A stretch of DNA of 32,000 nt from the NCBI GenBank assembly GCA_963843975.1, contig CAWJMG010000001.1:1350001-1382000 (forward strand), in the 5' to 3' direction. Source of the DNA: an uncultured Actinomycetes bacterium (GTDB lineage Bacteria; Actinomycetota; Actinomycetes; S36-B12; CAIYMF01). The notes under the pieces were generated by a model. That model was not told the DNA's origin, ran no database searches, and saw only the letters and a list, made by a program, of their open reading frames with translations. A program made the position numbers and the translations under genes. This document shows positions 7,674 to 16,356 of this stretch, in pieces (within the stretch, counting starts at the first letter, position 1; each line of letters begins with the position of its first letter).

Positions 7674-9860
7674 TCAGTCGCGCGCCCCGCGCAGGCCCTG
7701 AACACCGGCGAGCGCCACCTTCGGCAAGGGCGTCCCGGGCAGGAACGCCTCGGTGAGCGCCAGCCCGATCCGCGGCAGCGCCGCCTCATCCGGGAAGACG
7801 AGGTACAGCGGTACGTCGCGCGGCTTGAACTTGGCCTTGAAGCTCTCGAGCGAACGGAAGCCGTACAGCGGCTCGAGGCTCTCGCCGAGGGTGTCGAGCA
7901 GCGCGTCGAGCACGCCGGCCTCGGCGGAGTCGCCTGCCCGGGCCAGCGGTGCGCCTGACAGCGACACGAGCTCGCAGCCCTGCTCCTTGAACGACAGGCA
8001 CGCGCTCGCGATGAGGAACTCGGTCACCGGCCGGAAGCCGTCGGGCAGTCGACGCATGACGTCCAGCGTCCGTCCGCGCACCACCCCGCCGGGGCCGTGC
8101 ACGGGGAGCCAGGAGGTGACGCCGTGCACCGTGCCGTCGGCGCCGACGGCGAGGCCGACGACGGTGTCAGGGTCCATCGCCTCGTCGACGCCGCCGAGGG
8201 TGAAGCCCATCTCCGGCAGCGCCTTGTCCGACACCCACACCTCGGAGATGGCGCGCACCTGCGCGATCACCGAGCGCGGCATCTCCGCCAGCGCGCCCTC
8301 GACGTACGTGATGCCCTCCTTGCCCGCGCGGTTGAGCGCGGTGCGCACGTCCTGCCAGGCCTTGCCCTTGAACTCCAGGTCGGGCAGGTCGATCACGGCC
8401 TCGGTCGCGACCTGCACGTGGTCGTAGCCGCGGGCGTTGGCCCAGTCGACGACCTCCTGCGTGACCGAGAAGAACGCGAACTGCTGCCCGAGCCGTACCT
8501 GCTCGGCGACGAACGCATCGAGCACGTCGTCGCGTGACGCAGCATCGGCGCCGACTGCGTCCGCGAGCGCGACGGCGACGCCGCGGTGCCGCTGGAACGA
8601 GACGTGGCCCACTGGGCCGCGCGACGTCTGGAGAAGGAACCAGTCGTTGCCCGGCCAGGTGCCCATCCAGGCGAGCGTGCCGCCTCCGTGCTCCTTGATG
8701 AGCGCCACCGCCTCGCCGCGTGCTGCGGCAACCTCGTCGGGGGACGACCTGAGCGCGCGCCCGCCGGGTGCGCGGAACGCCGAACGTCCGGCGATCAGGA
8801 CGAGCAGGCCGATGACCCAGAGGGCGAGGTCGAGCACGAAGGCGGGGAGGGCGCCGCTGGCATCAGAGTCCGAGACAGAGATCGTCTCGGGCGACAGGAG
8901 CAGCGCGAGGAGGACCAGCAGGACGAGCCCCAGCACCAGTGCGGAGATGGAAACCGCGACGAGCCAGGTACGCCGCTTGCCCTTGCGCAGCCCGTTCGCG
9001 ATGAGCAGCGAGATCAGTGCGCCGACGAGCACCGTGATGAGGTTGGTGTCCTCGGTCGCCGCGCCGAGCGGGCCGTCCGACGGCACGAACCACACGAGCA
9101 GCCGGATGACCGCCGCCACGAGGAAGAAGCTCGCGGCCAGCAGCCGCCACTCGCGGACGGTCGCGCGAGGGCGCCGGATCTCGGGGCGACGTCCCGCGAG
9201 GAAGGGGCCGAGGCCCAGGCCGAGGAGGCCGCCGATGAGGTGCTCGACGTCCCAGAGCACCCCGAGGTAGAGCAGCGCCAGCACGATGTAGAGGACGAGG
9301 GCGTAGCGGATCCTGCCCCGCCACGGCGGTGCGACGACGGCGGTGGCGGCCGCGACCGCCCCGATCGCACCCGCGCTGAACCCGACGTCGAGGTCGTCGG
9401 CTACCCGGACCGCCCAGCTCCAGCCCGTCGGCTCGAGCAGGGCGAGCACGAGCGCCGCGCCGAGCACGCCGACCGCCTGGGTGGTGATCGCCGCGATGGC
9501 CGCGCGCCGCGTGCCGAAGCGCCACTCGGACCATCCGACCAGCAGCGCGAAGCCGCCCGTGACGGGCAGGTACTGCAGCGGTGTGAGGGCGAACAGCGAG
9601 CCCGTGACCACCGTCCACCAGCGGCCGTCACGGAACGCCGGCAGCCCGTAGGCGACGACGTCGAAGAGGTCGCGGTCCTGCAGCGCGTTCCAGAGCGAGC
9701 CGGTGACGAGCCCGAGCACGAGCATCGCGGCGACGACGCCGACGGTGAACGGCACGCGCCGAGGCACCACCAGGACCGTGTTCGGCGGCGCGACGACCGC
9801 CGGTGCGCCCTCGTCGGCGTCGCCCGACGGCTCCGGCGCCGCTACGACCTGGTCGCTCAC
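7674..9860 (-). CDS. Large membrane protein: N-terminal rhomboid-like region, then TM segments, then a C-terminal DUF2156 (aminoacyl-phosphatidylglycerol synthase / MprF C-terminal-like) domain
   Basis: The C-terminal ~330 aa (GGGTLAWMGTWPGN...FQRHRGVAVALADAVG...WLPVHG...RTLDVMRR...ELVSLSGAPLA...LYGFRSLESFKAKFKP) matches the MprF/LysX synthase domain. It is preceded by the NGLRKGKRRTW helix. The start is chosen at GTG 9860, with GGAGGA 5 nt upstream. The ORF is open up to 10145, but that extension runs into the XRE gene. Confidence 0.75.
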   Translation of the reverse strand: MSDQVVAAPEPSGDADEGAPAVVAPPNTVLVVPRRVPFTVGVVAAMLVLGLVTGSLWNALQDRDLFDVVAYGLPAFRDGRWWTVVTGSLFALTPLQYLPVTGGFALLVGWSEWRFGTRRAAIAAITTQAVGVLGAALVLALLEPTGWSWAVRVADDLDVGFSAGAIGAVAAATAVVAPPWRGRIRYALVLYIVLALLYLGVLWDVEHLIGGLLGLGLGPFLAGRRPEIRRPRATVREWRLLAASFFLVAAVIRLLVWFVPSDGPLGAATEDTNLITVLVGALISLLIANGLRKGKRRTWLVAVSISALVLGLVLLVLLALLLSPETISVSDSDASGALPAFVLDLALWVIGLLVLIAGRSAFRAPGGRALRSSPDEVAAARGEAVALIKEHGGGTLAWMGTWPGNDWFLLQTSRGPVGHVSFQRHRGVAVALADAVGADAASRDDVLDAFVAEQVRLGQQFAFFSVTQEVVDWANARGYDHVQVATEAVIDLPDLEFKGKAWQDVRTALNRAGKEGITYVEGALAEMPRSVIAQVRAISEVWVSDKALPEMGFTLGGVDEAMDPDTVVGLAVGADGTVHGVTSWLPVHGPGGVVRGRTLDVMRRLPDGFRPVTEFLIASACLSFKEQGCELVSLSGAPLARAGDSAEAGVLDALLDTLGESLEPLYGFRSLESFKAKFKPRDVPLYLVFPDEAALPRIGLALTEAFLPGTPLPKVALAGVQGLRGARD

Positions 9861-10001
9861 GAGGTCCTCCGGGGGTGCAGCACGACGGGTCGGGACGACT
9901 CTGCCAGCAGGCGGTCGCCGGGGATGCGGCGATGGAGAGGAAACCGTTACGGCCGAGCCCGCATCCCGGCCGCGGTGGCCGCCGCGTCGTCCGGCGAGAT
10001 G

Positions 10002-10031
10002 TTGCATGAATGCTATGGAAGTATTTATGCT
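10002..10031 (+). promoter_or_regulatory. Candidate housekeeping-type promoter for the XRE gene (possibly a leaderless transcript)
   Basis: TTGCAT (10002-10007) - N18 - TATGCT (10026-10031) lies in the only AT-rich patch of this intergenic region. The in-frame GTG at 10038 sits 6 nt after the -10. Confidence 0.3.
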
Positions 10032-10037
10032 ACGACC

Positions 10038-10286
10038 GTGGGACGACGACCGAAGGCGGACGAGCCGGTGTTCAGCCGGATCGAGGCGCTGCGCGCCGAA
10101 CGCGGCCTCTCGCGGCAGGAGCTGGCCGACGCCGTCGGCGTCCACTACCAGACCGTCGGCTACCTCGAGCGGGGCGAGTACAGCCCCAGCCTCTCGCTGG
10201 CCCTTCGCCTCGCGGAGGTGCTCGAGGCGTCCGTCGAGGAGATGTTCTCCCTCACCCCCTTCCCCGCTGTCGAGGAGACCCGATGA
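10038..10286 (+). CDS. XRE-family helix-turn-helix transcriptional regulator (small, YozG-like)
   Basis: FSRIEALRAERGLSRQELADAVGVHYQTVGYLERGEYSPSLSLALRLAEVLEASVEEMF is a canonical HTH_3/Cro-C1 domain. Start candidates are GTG 10038, GTG 10068 and ATG 9999. Confidence 0.75.
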   Translation: MGRRPKADEPVFSRIEALRAERGLSRQELADAVGVHYQTVGYLERGEYSPSLSLALRLAEVLEASVEEMFSLTPFPAVEETR

Positions 10287-10804
10287 CCCTGAAGGAGCGC
10301 TGGGCCGCCAGCAAGGAGCGCAACGCCGCAGCCGTCGCGGCGAACGCCGAGAAGCTCATGGCCGACACGGCGTACGACCGTTACCGCAACCGACGCGCGC
10401 GCGTGCTGCTCGTCGTCGGCTACCTCGCCCTGCTCGTGCTGATCCCCGTCGCGTATCTCGTGGTCGGCTCGTTGGCCGGGCTGATCGTGGTGCTCGTCGG
10501 CGCCGGTGTCTGGAGCCTGCTCCGGGTCTCGGTGCGCACCATCGCCGATCTTCCGGACGAGTACCTCGACGAGCGTCAGCTCGCGGTCCGCAACGCCTCT
10601 TACGTGGAGTCGTACCGCTACCTCGGCGGGGCCGTGGCGCTGGCGGCGACCGTCGGGCTCTTCGCCTTCATCGTCAACGGGACCGAGCTCGACACCTGGG
10701 CCGTCACGCTGACCTGGGAGGGCGCGATGTCTGCGTTCTGGGTCTTCCTCGGCCTGGCGCTCGGCCTGCCCTCGATGGTGCTCGCGCTCAACGACCGGGT
10801 CTGA
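10283..10804 (+). CDS. Membrane protein of unknown function, translationally coupled to the XRE gene
   Basis: The ATGA overlap with the XRE stop and GAGGAG upstream support coupling. The 173-aa product has about 4 predicted TM helices (LLVVGYLALLVLIPVAYLVV, GLIVVLVGAGVWSLL, GGAVALAATVGLFAFIV, AFWVFLGLALGLPSMVLAL). Confidence 0.6.
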   Translation: MTLKERWAASKERNAAAVAANAEKLMADTAYDRYRNRRARVLLVVGYLALLVLIPVAYLVVGSLAGLIVVLVGAGVWSLLRVSVRTIADLPDEYLDERQLAVRNASYVESYRYLGGAVALAATVGLFAFIVNGTELDTWAVTLTWEGAMSAFWVFLGLALGLPSMVLALNDRV

Positions 10805-11678
10805 CCCCGGGCTCGGCGCCTGGCGCTGGGGGAAGGTCGAGCACCCGCCGTACGACGGCCCGTGGGCCTCCGAAGGGCGCGTTCAGCCGGTCCAGGGTCT
10901 CGGGCCGCAGCACGCGGGGCAGCGCGACCAGGTAGCCGAGGGCGTACGCCAACGTCAGGGGCGAGCACAGCACGAGCGAGCAGAGCACCAGCCACGGCCT
11001 GTTCGTGCGGCCGGCCCACCAGATGAGCACCGCGGCGACTGCCGCCCGCGGCAGGGTGCCGTCGCCGTCGACGGTCGTGAGCAGCTCGACGTACGCCCGC
11101 CACATGTCGGGGGAGATGGCGTACGAGACGGCGAGCACCGCGGCCCCGACCCCGAGGGCGAGGGCGAGGGCGCGCCACTCGCGTCGACCGGCGTACCAGA
11201 GGACGCCGAGGCCGGACACGACCTTCACGTACGCCGCCGGCACCCACGCGGACGAGACGCGCAGACCGGCGACCGCGAGCAGCGCGAGCAGCCAGGTGAT
11301 GTTGCCGAGGGCGACGTCCTCCATCGCCAGGGCGAGCAGCGGTACGGCGAACACCCAGCGCAGCGGCCGCACGAGCCAGAGGTACGTGCCGATCGCGGCT
11401 GCGGTCCAGAGCGTCACGAAGACCGGCCAGGGCATCCACGTGACGAGCTGTGCCACCTGGGCGAAGGCGGGTGAGTAGAGGAACGCGTCGGACTGGCCGG
11501 GGATGTGGTCGTACGCGTCCGGCGCGAGCTGCACGAGCCAGTAGGCGTGGGCGTCGTGGCCCCAGCGCCGGGTCGTGGCCGCGTCGACCGCGAGCCATGC
11601 GACGACAGCCGCGAGGGCCCAGGCCAGGATCAGCCCCTTGTCGCGCGTCGGCTCGAACAGCGGCCACCGCCGGCGCAT
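10788..11678 (-). CDS. Polytopic membrane protein, DUF2029/GT87-like (putative glycosyltransferase)
   Basis: The start is ATG 11678 with GGAGGGGG upstream. The hydrophobic multi-TM profile with YSP...F and an Arg/Trp-rich loop pattern is reminiscent of GT87. The family assignment is from memory and weak. Confidence 0.5.
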   Translation of the reverse strand: MRRRWPLFEPTRDKGLILAWALAAVVAWLAVDAATTRRWGHDAHAYWLVQLAPDAYDHIPGQSDAFLYSPAFAQVAQLVTWMPWPVFVTLWTAAAIGTYLWLVRPLRWVFAVPLLALAMEDVALGNITWLLALLAVAGLRVSSAWVPAAYVKVVSGLGVLWYAGRREWRALALALGVGAAVLAVSYAISPDMWRAYVELLTTVDGDGTLPRAAVAAVLIWWAGRTNRPWLVLCSLVLCSPLTLAYALGYLVALPRVLRPETLDRLNAPFGGPRAVVRRVLDLPPAPGAEPGVRPGR

Positions 11679-11842
11679 GCCACCCCCTCCGTCGCGGACC
11701 GCCCGCGGTGGACGCATTGTGCTCGCCCGCCCGCCCGCAGGCGGGTCGCCCTCTCGGGGGAACCGCTCGGTGGTGTTCCCCGTCGATGCTGCTGGGGGAG
11801 CATGCGGGCGGCTGCGCCCGTACCCTCCCGGCAGGAGGATCC

Positions 11843-12940
11843 ATGGCATCTCGACTGATGTCGGTCGCGGAGTGGCGCACAGCGCTGACCGACCGGCCGC
11901 CGCGCGCCGCGGTCCTGCTGCTCGGCGGTGCGCAGGTGCTGGCTTCCCTCTTCCTGCTCTCGTTCGCCCTGCTCCCGGGACCTGGCGCCGACCCCGAGCG
12001 CGGCTTCAACGCCACGATGGCGGTGCTGTCGGCGGTCGTGGCGCTGGTGACGTTCACGGTCGTGGGGCGGGTGGCCTTCTGGCTGTGGGACCTGTCGCTC
12101 GGCTTCAGCTCGCTGGTACTGGGCTTCATCATCACCGTCAACACCGATGCGGTCGGCCAGATGCTCAACGGCACCGGCCTGGTCCTGCTCGCGCTGCTCG
12201 CAGCACTGTTCTGCACGAGGACGCGCCTCACCGGACACCTGGTGTTCATGGTCGCGGCCTTCCTCACCGCAGTCGTGGTCAACGACGTGCTGCCCACGAT
12301 CCTGTTCGCCGTCATCGCCTGCGTCATGGTGGTCACGGTCGGGATCGCGACGTACGGCCTGGTGGCGCAGCTGCACCGGCTGAGCCACGTCGACCCGCTG
12401 ACCGGCGCGCTCAACCGCCGCGGCCTCGAGCGCCAGTCGGGCGTGGTGCGCTCGGTTGCCGTGCGAGCCGGCCAGCCGACCGCGGTGGCGATCGTCGACC
12501 TCGACGAGTTCAAGGCCTTCAACGACGCGCACGGGCACATCGCCGGCGACGTCCTGCTGTGCTCGGTCGTGAACGACCTGCGCCTGCACCTCCGCCCGCA
12601 CGACCTCGTCGCCCGATTCGGTGGCGACGAGTTCGTGGTGCTCCTGCCGGGCAGCACCGAGGCCGAGGCCTTCGCCGCAGTCCGACGGGCTGCCCTCGTG
12701 AGCGAGCACCCGTGGACGTGGGGCCTTGCGGCGTGGAAGGACGGCGAGTCGCTCTGGGACGCCCTCGACCGTGCCGACCGCGTGCTGTACGACGCCAAGC
12801 GCGGTCGGTCCTCGGGAGTCGAATCGGCTCTGCTCCCCGAGCCGCGCGTCGACACCGCGCAGGGGGACGCCCTCGCGGGCGGCGTCCCGGATGCCCGGAC
12901 CCCGGACCACGAGCACCGAACGGCGGACGACCCGGCCTGA
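11843..12940 (+). CDS. Membrane-anchored diguanylate cyclase (GGDEF domain)
   Basis: ATG 11843 follows AGGAGGA. The N-terminus has about 6 TM helices. The catalytic domain reads DPLTGALNRRG...DLDEFKAFNDAHGHIAGD...RPHDLVARFGGDEFVVLL, with an intact GGDEF and an RxxD I-site (RPHD) 5 residues upstream. Confidence 0.85.
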   Translation: MASRLMSVAEWRTALTDRPPRAAVLLLGGAQVLASLFLLSFALLPGPGADPERGFNATMAVLSAVVALVTFTVVGRVAFWLWDLSLGFSSLVLGFIITVNTDAVGQMLNGTGLVLLALLAALFCTRTRLTGHLVFMVAAFLTAVVVNDVLPTILFAVIACVMVVTVGIATYGLVAQLHRLSHVDPLTGALNRRGLERQSGVVRSVAVRAGQPTAVAIVDLDEFKAFNDAHGHIAGDVLLCSVVNDLRLHLRPHDLVARFGGDEFVVLLPGSTEAEAFAAVRRAALVSEHPWTWGLAAWKDGESLWDALDRADRVLYDAKRGRSSGVESALLPEPRVDTAQGDALAGGVPDARTPDHEHRTADDPA

Positions 12941-12950
12941 TCGGGAGATC

Positions 12951-12970
12951 CCCTGCAAGCGCTTGCAGGG
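12951..12970 (+). terminator. Perfect 20-bp palindrome after the GGDEF gene (possible terminator or operator)
   Basis: CCCTGCAAGC|GCTTGCAGGG lies 11 nt after the stop at 12940. There is no U-tract. Confidence 0.4.
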
Positions 12971-12990
12971 CGGCGTCCTACCCTGGAGCG

Positions 12991-13659
12991 GTGATCACGC
13001 TCCCGGACACCGAGACCGTCGAGGGCACCTGGGCGGTCCGCGACGTCCGCCTGGTCGTACGCCGCCTGCTGGACACCGCGGGCGACACCGGCGCGCGCCC
13101 GGTGCTGGTGGCCGTCGACGGCCGCTCCGGCAGCGGGAAGTCGACCATCGCCGAGCGCATCGCCGCCCTCGTCCCGGGATCCGTCGTCGTGCACACCGAC
13201 GACGTGGCCTGGGAGGAGTCGTTCTTCGACTGGGACGGGCTCCTGGCCGACCACGTCCTCGCACCTCTTCGTGATGGCGCCGCGGTGAGCTACCGGCCGC
13301 CGGCCTGGGAGCGGCTCGACCGTCCGGGCGCGATCGAGGTGCCGACCGGCACCACGCTCGTGCTCGTCGAGGGCGTCGGAGCGAGCAGGTCGAGCCTCGC
13401 CGGGCACTTCGACGCCACGGTCTGGGTCCTGTCCGACGAGGACGAGCGCCGCCGCCGCGGCGTCGAGCGCGACGTCGTGCTCGGCCGCACGCCGGACGAG
13501 GCCGAGGCGTTCTGGGACCGGTGGCAGAGCGAGGAGTACCCGTTCCTCGAGGGGGACCGGCCGTGGGAGCGCGCGACGGTCGTGTCCTGCGGCACGCCCG
13601 GCCTCACCGGTCTCGCACCGAGCGACGAGGACGTCGTCGTGCTGACCACACGTCCCTGA
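12991..13659 (+). CDS. P-loop NTPase / nucleoside(uridine)-kinase-like protein
   Basis: GTG 12991 is the start. Walker A is VDGRSGSGKST and a Walker-B-like stretch is LVLVEGVG. The product is about 222 aa. The substrate cannot be inferred. Confidence 0.65.
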   Translation: MITLPDTETVEGTWAVRDVRLVVRRLLDTAGDTGARPVLVAVDGRSGSGKSTIAERIAALVPGSVVVHTDDVAWEESFFDWDGLLADHVLAPLRDGAAVSYRPPAWERLDRPGAIEVPTGTTLVLVEGVGASRSSLAGHFDATVWVLSDEDERRRRGVERDVVLGRTPDEAEAFWDRWQSEEYPFLEGDRPWERATVVSCGTPGLTGLAPSDEDVVVLTTRP

Positions 13660-13662
13660 CGC

Positions 13663-14557
13663 CTATCCCCCTGACGAGCCGCGCCCGACCCTCTCACCGC
13701 TGACGACGAGCGCCACGCCGCCGATGATCACCGCGCCGCCGACGAGCACACCGCTCGTCAGGCTCTCGCCCAGCACCAGCGTGCCGAGCGCCACCGCCAC
13801 GACGGGGTTGACGTAGGCGTACGTCGACACCAGCGAGATCGGCGCGTGGTCGATCAGCCAGACGAACGCCGAGAAGGCCACGAGCGAGCCGGCGATCACC
13901 AGGTAGACCCAGCCCGCCCACGACCTCGCCGTCGCGTCGAGCACGTCCGCCACCCGCTCGCCGCGCAGCGTCCCGACGACGACGAGTGCGAGGCCACCGG
14001 CGACCATCTCGTAGGTGGACATGACGAGGGCGTCCTTCGGCGTGGGGATGCGCTGCTGCAGGAACGACCCGGTCGCCCAGCTCGCCGAGCCGAGGACGAT
14101 GAGCAGCGACCAGAGCGCGCGCTGCTGGGGGGACGCGCCGCCGACCGAGGCGACGTCGCTGCCCGGCAGCACGAGCAGGGCGACGCCGACGAGGCCGATG
14201 CCGATGCCGACCCACGTGAGGGCGGGCGGCCGGTCGCCGGAGCCGAAGCGCAGCAGCACGATCCAGAGCGGCGTCACCGCGACGAGCAGCGCTGCCACGC
14301 CCGTCGGCACGTAGTCCTGGCCGAGGCCCACGGTGCTCATGCCGACTCCGAGCAGCATCACGCCGACGAGCGCGGCGCCGCCGAGCCTCGCGACGGGTCA
14401 CGCGCAGGGTCGCCGGGCCGCGGCGCACGGCGACGATCACGGCGAGGATGCCGGCGGCCACGAGGAAGCGGAGCCCGAGCGCGAGCTGGATCGGCATCGA
14501 CTCGCTCGCAAGCTTGATGCCGAGGTACGTCGACCCCCAGACGACGTACACGATCAC
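13663..14557 (-). pseudogene. EamA/DMT family transporter, reading frame broken near 14386 (as sequenced)
   Basis: The N-terminal part (IVYVVWGSTYLGIKLASESMPIQLALGLRFLVAAGILAVIVAVRRGPATLRVTRRE) is in one frame. The remainder (LGGAALVGVMLLGVGMSTVGLGQDYVPTGVAALL... to TAG 13663-13665) is in another. They join if one G (complement of C14386) is removed. The conserved segment upstream of GTG 14557 also lacks an in-frame start. Confidence 0.75.
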
Positions 14558-14871
14558 CAGCGCGGCCCAGATGCGTCCGGGGGAGGCCGGCCGCGGGGCG
14601 CCGGGGGGCGCAGCGAGCTTCCTCGAACTCGGGCAGGGACGTCACGGGCGCCCATGCTCCTCGGTGGACAGCCTGCGCAGCGACCCGGGGCACCGCCCCG
14701 TCCGAATCGCGCCAGAGGTGGGTCGTCCGCGAGCACGGATCGTGACGACCAAGGGGACCCTCAGCCCGGCAGGCGCAGTCTGCGCACGCCGTTTCCGATG
14801 CCGGGATAGGTGTGCCTGTCCTGCGCGACCCACTTCACAGACATTTGCGTGCTGTGCTGGGACCGGTAGGA

Positions 14872-14899
14872 GCAAAGTGACCACTGCACAATCCGCGTG
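14872..14899 (+). promoter_or_regulatory. Candidate ECF-type promoter upstream of cydA
   Basis: GCAAA (14872-14876) - N17 - CGCGTG (14894-14899) lies about 30 nt upstream of ATG 14929 and its GAGGGG RBS. It resembles the motif upstream of the adjacent ECF sigma gene (21080-21106). ECF promoters typically carry AAC in the -35 and CGT in the -10. Confidence 0.3.
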
Positions 14900-14928
14900 C
14901 GTACCAATGTCCGTGAGGGGATACCTCT

Positions 14929-16338
14929 ATGAGCGCGCTAGATCTCGCTCGGTGGCAGTTCGGCATCACGACCGTCTACCACTTCCTGTTCGTGCCGCTG
15001 ACGATCGGCACCTCGATGCTCGTCGCCATCATGCAGACCGCCTGGGTCCGCACCGGTGACGAGAAGTGGCTCAAGGCCACGAAGTTCTTCGGCAAGCTCT
15101 TCCTCATCAACTTCGCGATGGGTGTCGTCACCGGCATCGTCCAGGAGTTCCAGTTCGGCATGGCGTGGAGCGACTACTCCCGCTTCGTCGGCGACATCTT
15201 CGGCGCGCCGCTGGCCGTCGAGGCCCTCGCCTCGTTCTTCCTCGAGTCGACCTTCCTCGGCCTGTGGATCTTCGGCTGGGACCGCCTGCCCAAGAAGCTG
15301 CACCTCGCGACCATCTGGGCCGCGGCGATCGGCACGATGCTCTCGGCGTACTTCATCCTCGCCGCGAACTCGTTCATGCAGCACCCGGTGGCCTACGAGT
15401 TCAACCCGGAGACCAACCGCGTCGAGCTGCAGAGCTTCAGCAACCTGCTCTTCCAGAACACGGCGTACACGACCTTCGCCCACGTCATCACGTCGGCGTT
15501 CCTCGTGTCCGGCGTCATGCTCGTCGGTGTCAGCCTCGTCGTGATGATGACCGGCAAGTCGGTTGACGTCATGCGCAAGTCGCTCAAGGTCGGCATCATC
15601 TCGGCGGTCATCGCCGGCATCGCCGTCGTCTACACCGGTGACGTGCAGGCCAAGATCATGGTGCAGCAGCAGCCGATGAAGATGGCCGCCGCCGAGGCGC
15701 TCTACGAGACCACCGAGGCAGCACCCTTCAGCCTCATCACGATCGGAAGCCTCGACGGCTCCGAGGCGTACTGGTCGCTCGAGATCCCGGGTCTCACGTC
15801 CTTCATGGCCACCGGCTACTGGAGCGGACCGGAGAGCAAGGTCCAGGGCATCAACGACCTGCAGACGCAGTACGAGCAGAAGTTCGGCCCCGGCGAGTAC
15901 GCACCGTACGTGCCGCTCATCTTCTGGGCGTTCCGCGCGATGATCGGCCTCGGAGTGCTCGGCGTCCTGTACGCGATCTTCGTGTGGTGGCGCACCCGCA
16001 AGGGCAACCTGCCCTCGAGCCGCTGGGTGAAGCTCACCGCCTCTGTGGCGCTGCTCTTCCCACTGATGGGCATCTCGTCCGGCTGGATCTTCACCGAGAT
16101 GGGTCGCCAGCCCTGGATCGTCTACGGCCTCATGAAGACCGAGGCCGGCGTCTCCCCGACGCTGACCGCGGCCCAGGCCTGGATCTCGATCCTCGCGTTC
16201 ACCCTGCTCTACGGCGGACTCGCCGTGGTCACGGTGGGCCTGATGATCCGCCAGGTGAAGATCGGCCCGCCGGAGACGGTCGAGCTGGTCGACGCCGACG
16301 ACGCCAACAACGGTCAGCCTCTGACCTTCTCCTACTGA
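14929..16338 (+). CDS. cydA: Cytochrome bd ubiquinol/menaquinol oxidase subunit I
   Basis: MSALDLARWQFGITTVYHFLFVPLTIGTS...GVVTGIVQEFQFGMAWS...GAPLAVEALASFFLESTFLGLW are hallmark CydA motifs. The product is 469 aa. Confidence 0.95.
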   Translation: MSALDLARWQFGITTVYHFLFVPLTIGTSMLVAIMQTAWVRTGDEKWLKATKFFGKLFLINFAMGVVTGIVQEFQFGMAWSDYSRFVGDIFGAPLAVEALASFFLESTFLGLWIFGWDRLPKKLHLATIWAAAIGTMLSAYFILAANSFMQHPVAYEFNPETNRVELQSFSNLLFQNTAYTTFAHVITSAFLVSGVMLVGVSLVVMMTGKSVDVMRKSLKVGIISAVIAGIAVVYTGDVQAKIMVQQQPMKMAAAEALYETTEAAPFSLITIGSLDGSEAYWSLEIPGLTSFMATGYWSGPESKVQGINDLQTQYEQKFGPGEYAPYVPLIFWAFRAMIGLGVLGVLYAIFVWWRTRKGNLPSSRWVKLTASVALLFPLMGISSGWIFTEMGRQPWIVYGLMKTEAGVSPTLTAAQAWISILAFTLLYGGLAVVTVGLMIRQVKIGPPETVELVDADDANNGQPLTFSY

Positions 16339-16356
16339 CGGAACTGGAGTCTGATC

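Noticed and set aside
8586-10037. 5' part of the 566-aa plus-strand ORF
   Set aside because: It is antisense to the DUF2156 membrane protein. Only the last ~80 codons (the XRE HTH) look like a real protein.
10618-13407. 929-aa ORF on the minus strand
   Set aside because: It spans several independently supported genes on both strands (membrane protein, GT87-like, GGDEF, kinase). It is Arg/Ala/Pro-rich with no motifs, so it is a GC-driven artefact.
14876-14890. AGTGA-N5-GCACA upstream of cydA as a CRP/GlxR or Rex operator
   Set aside because: The half-sites are imperfect and the spacing is one base short of the TGTGA-N6-TCACA (CRP) or TTGTGA-N6-TCACAA (Rex) geometry. It lies inside the spacer of the candidate ECF-type promoter.
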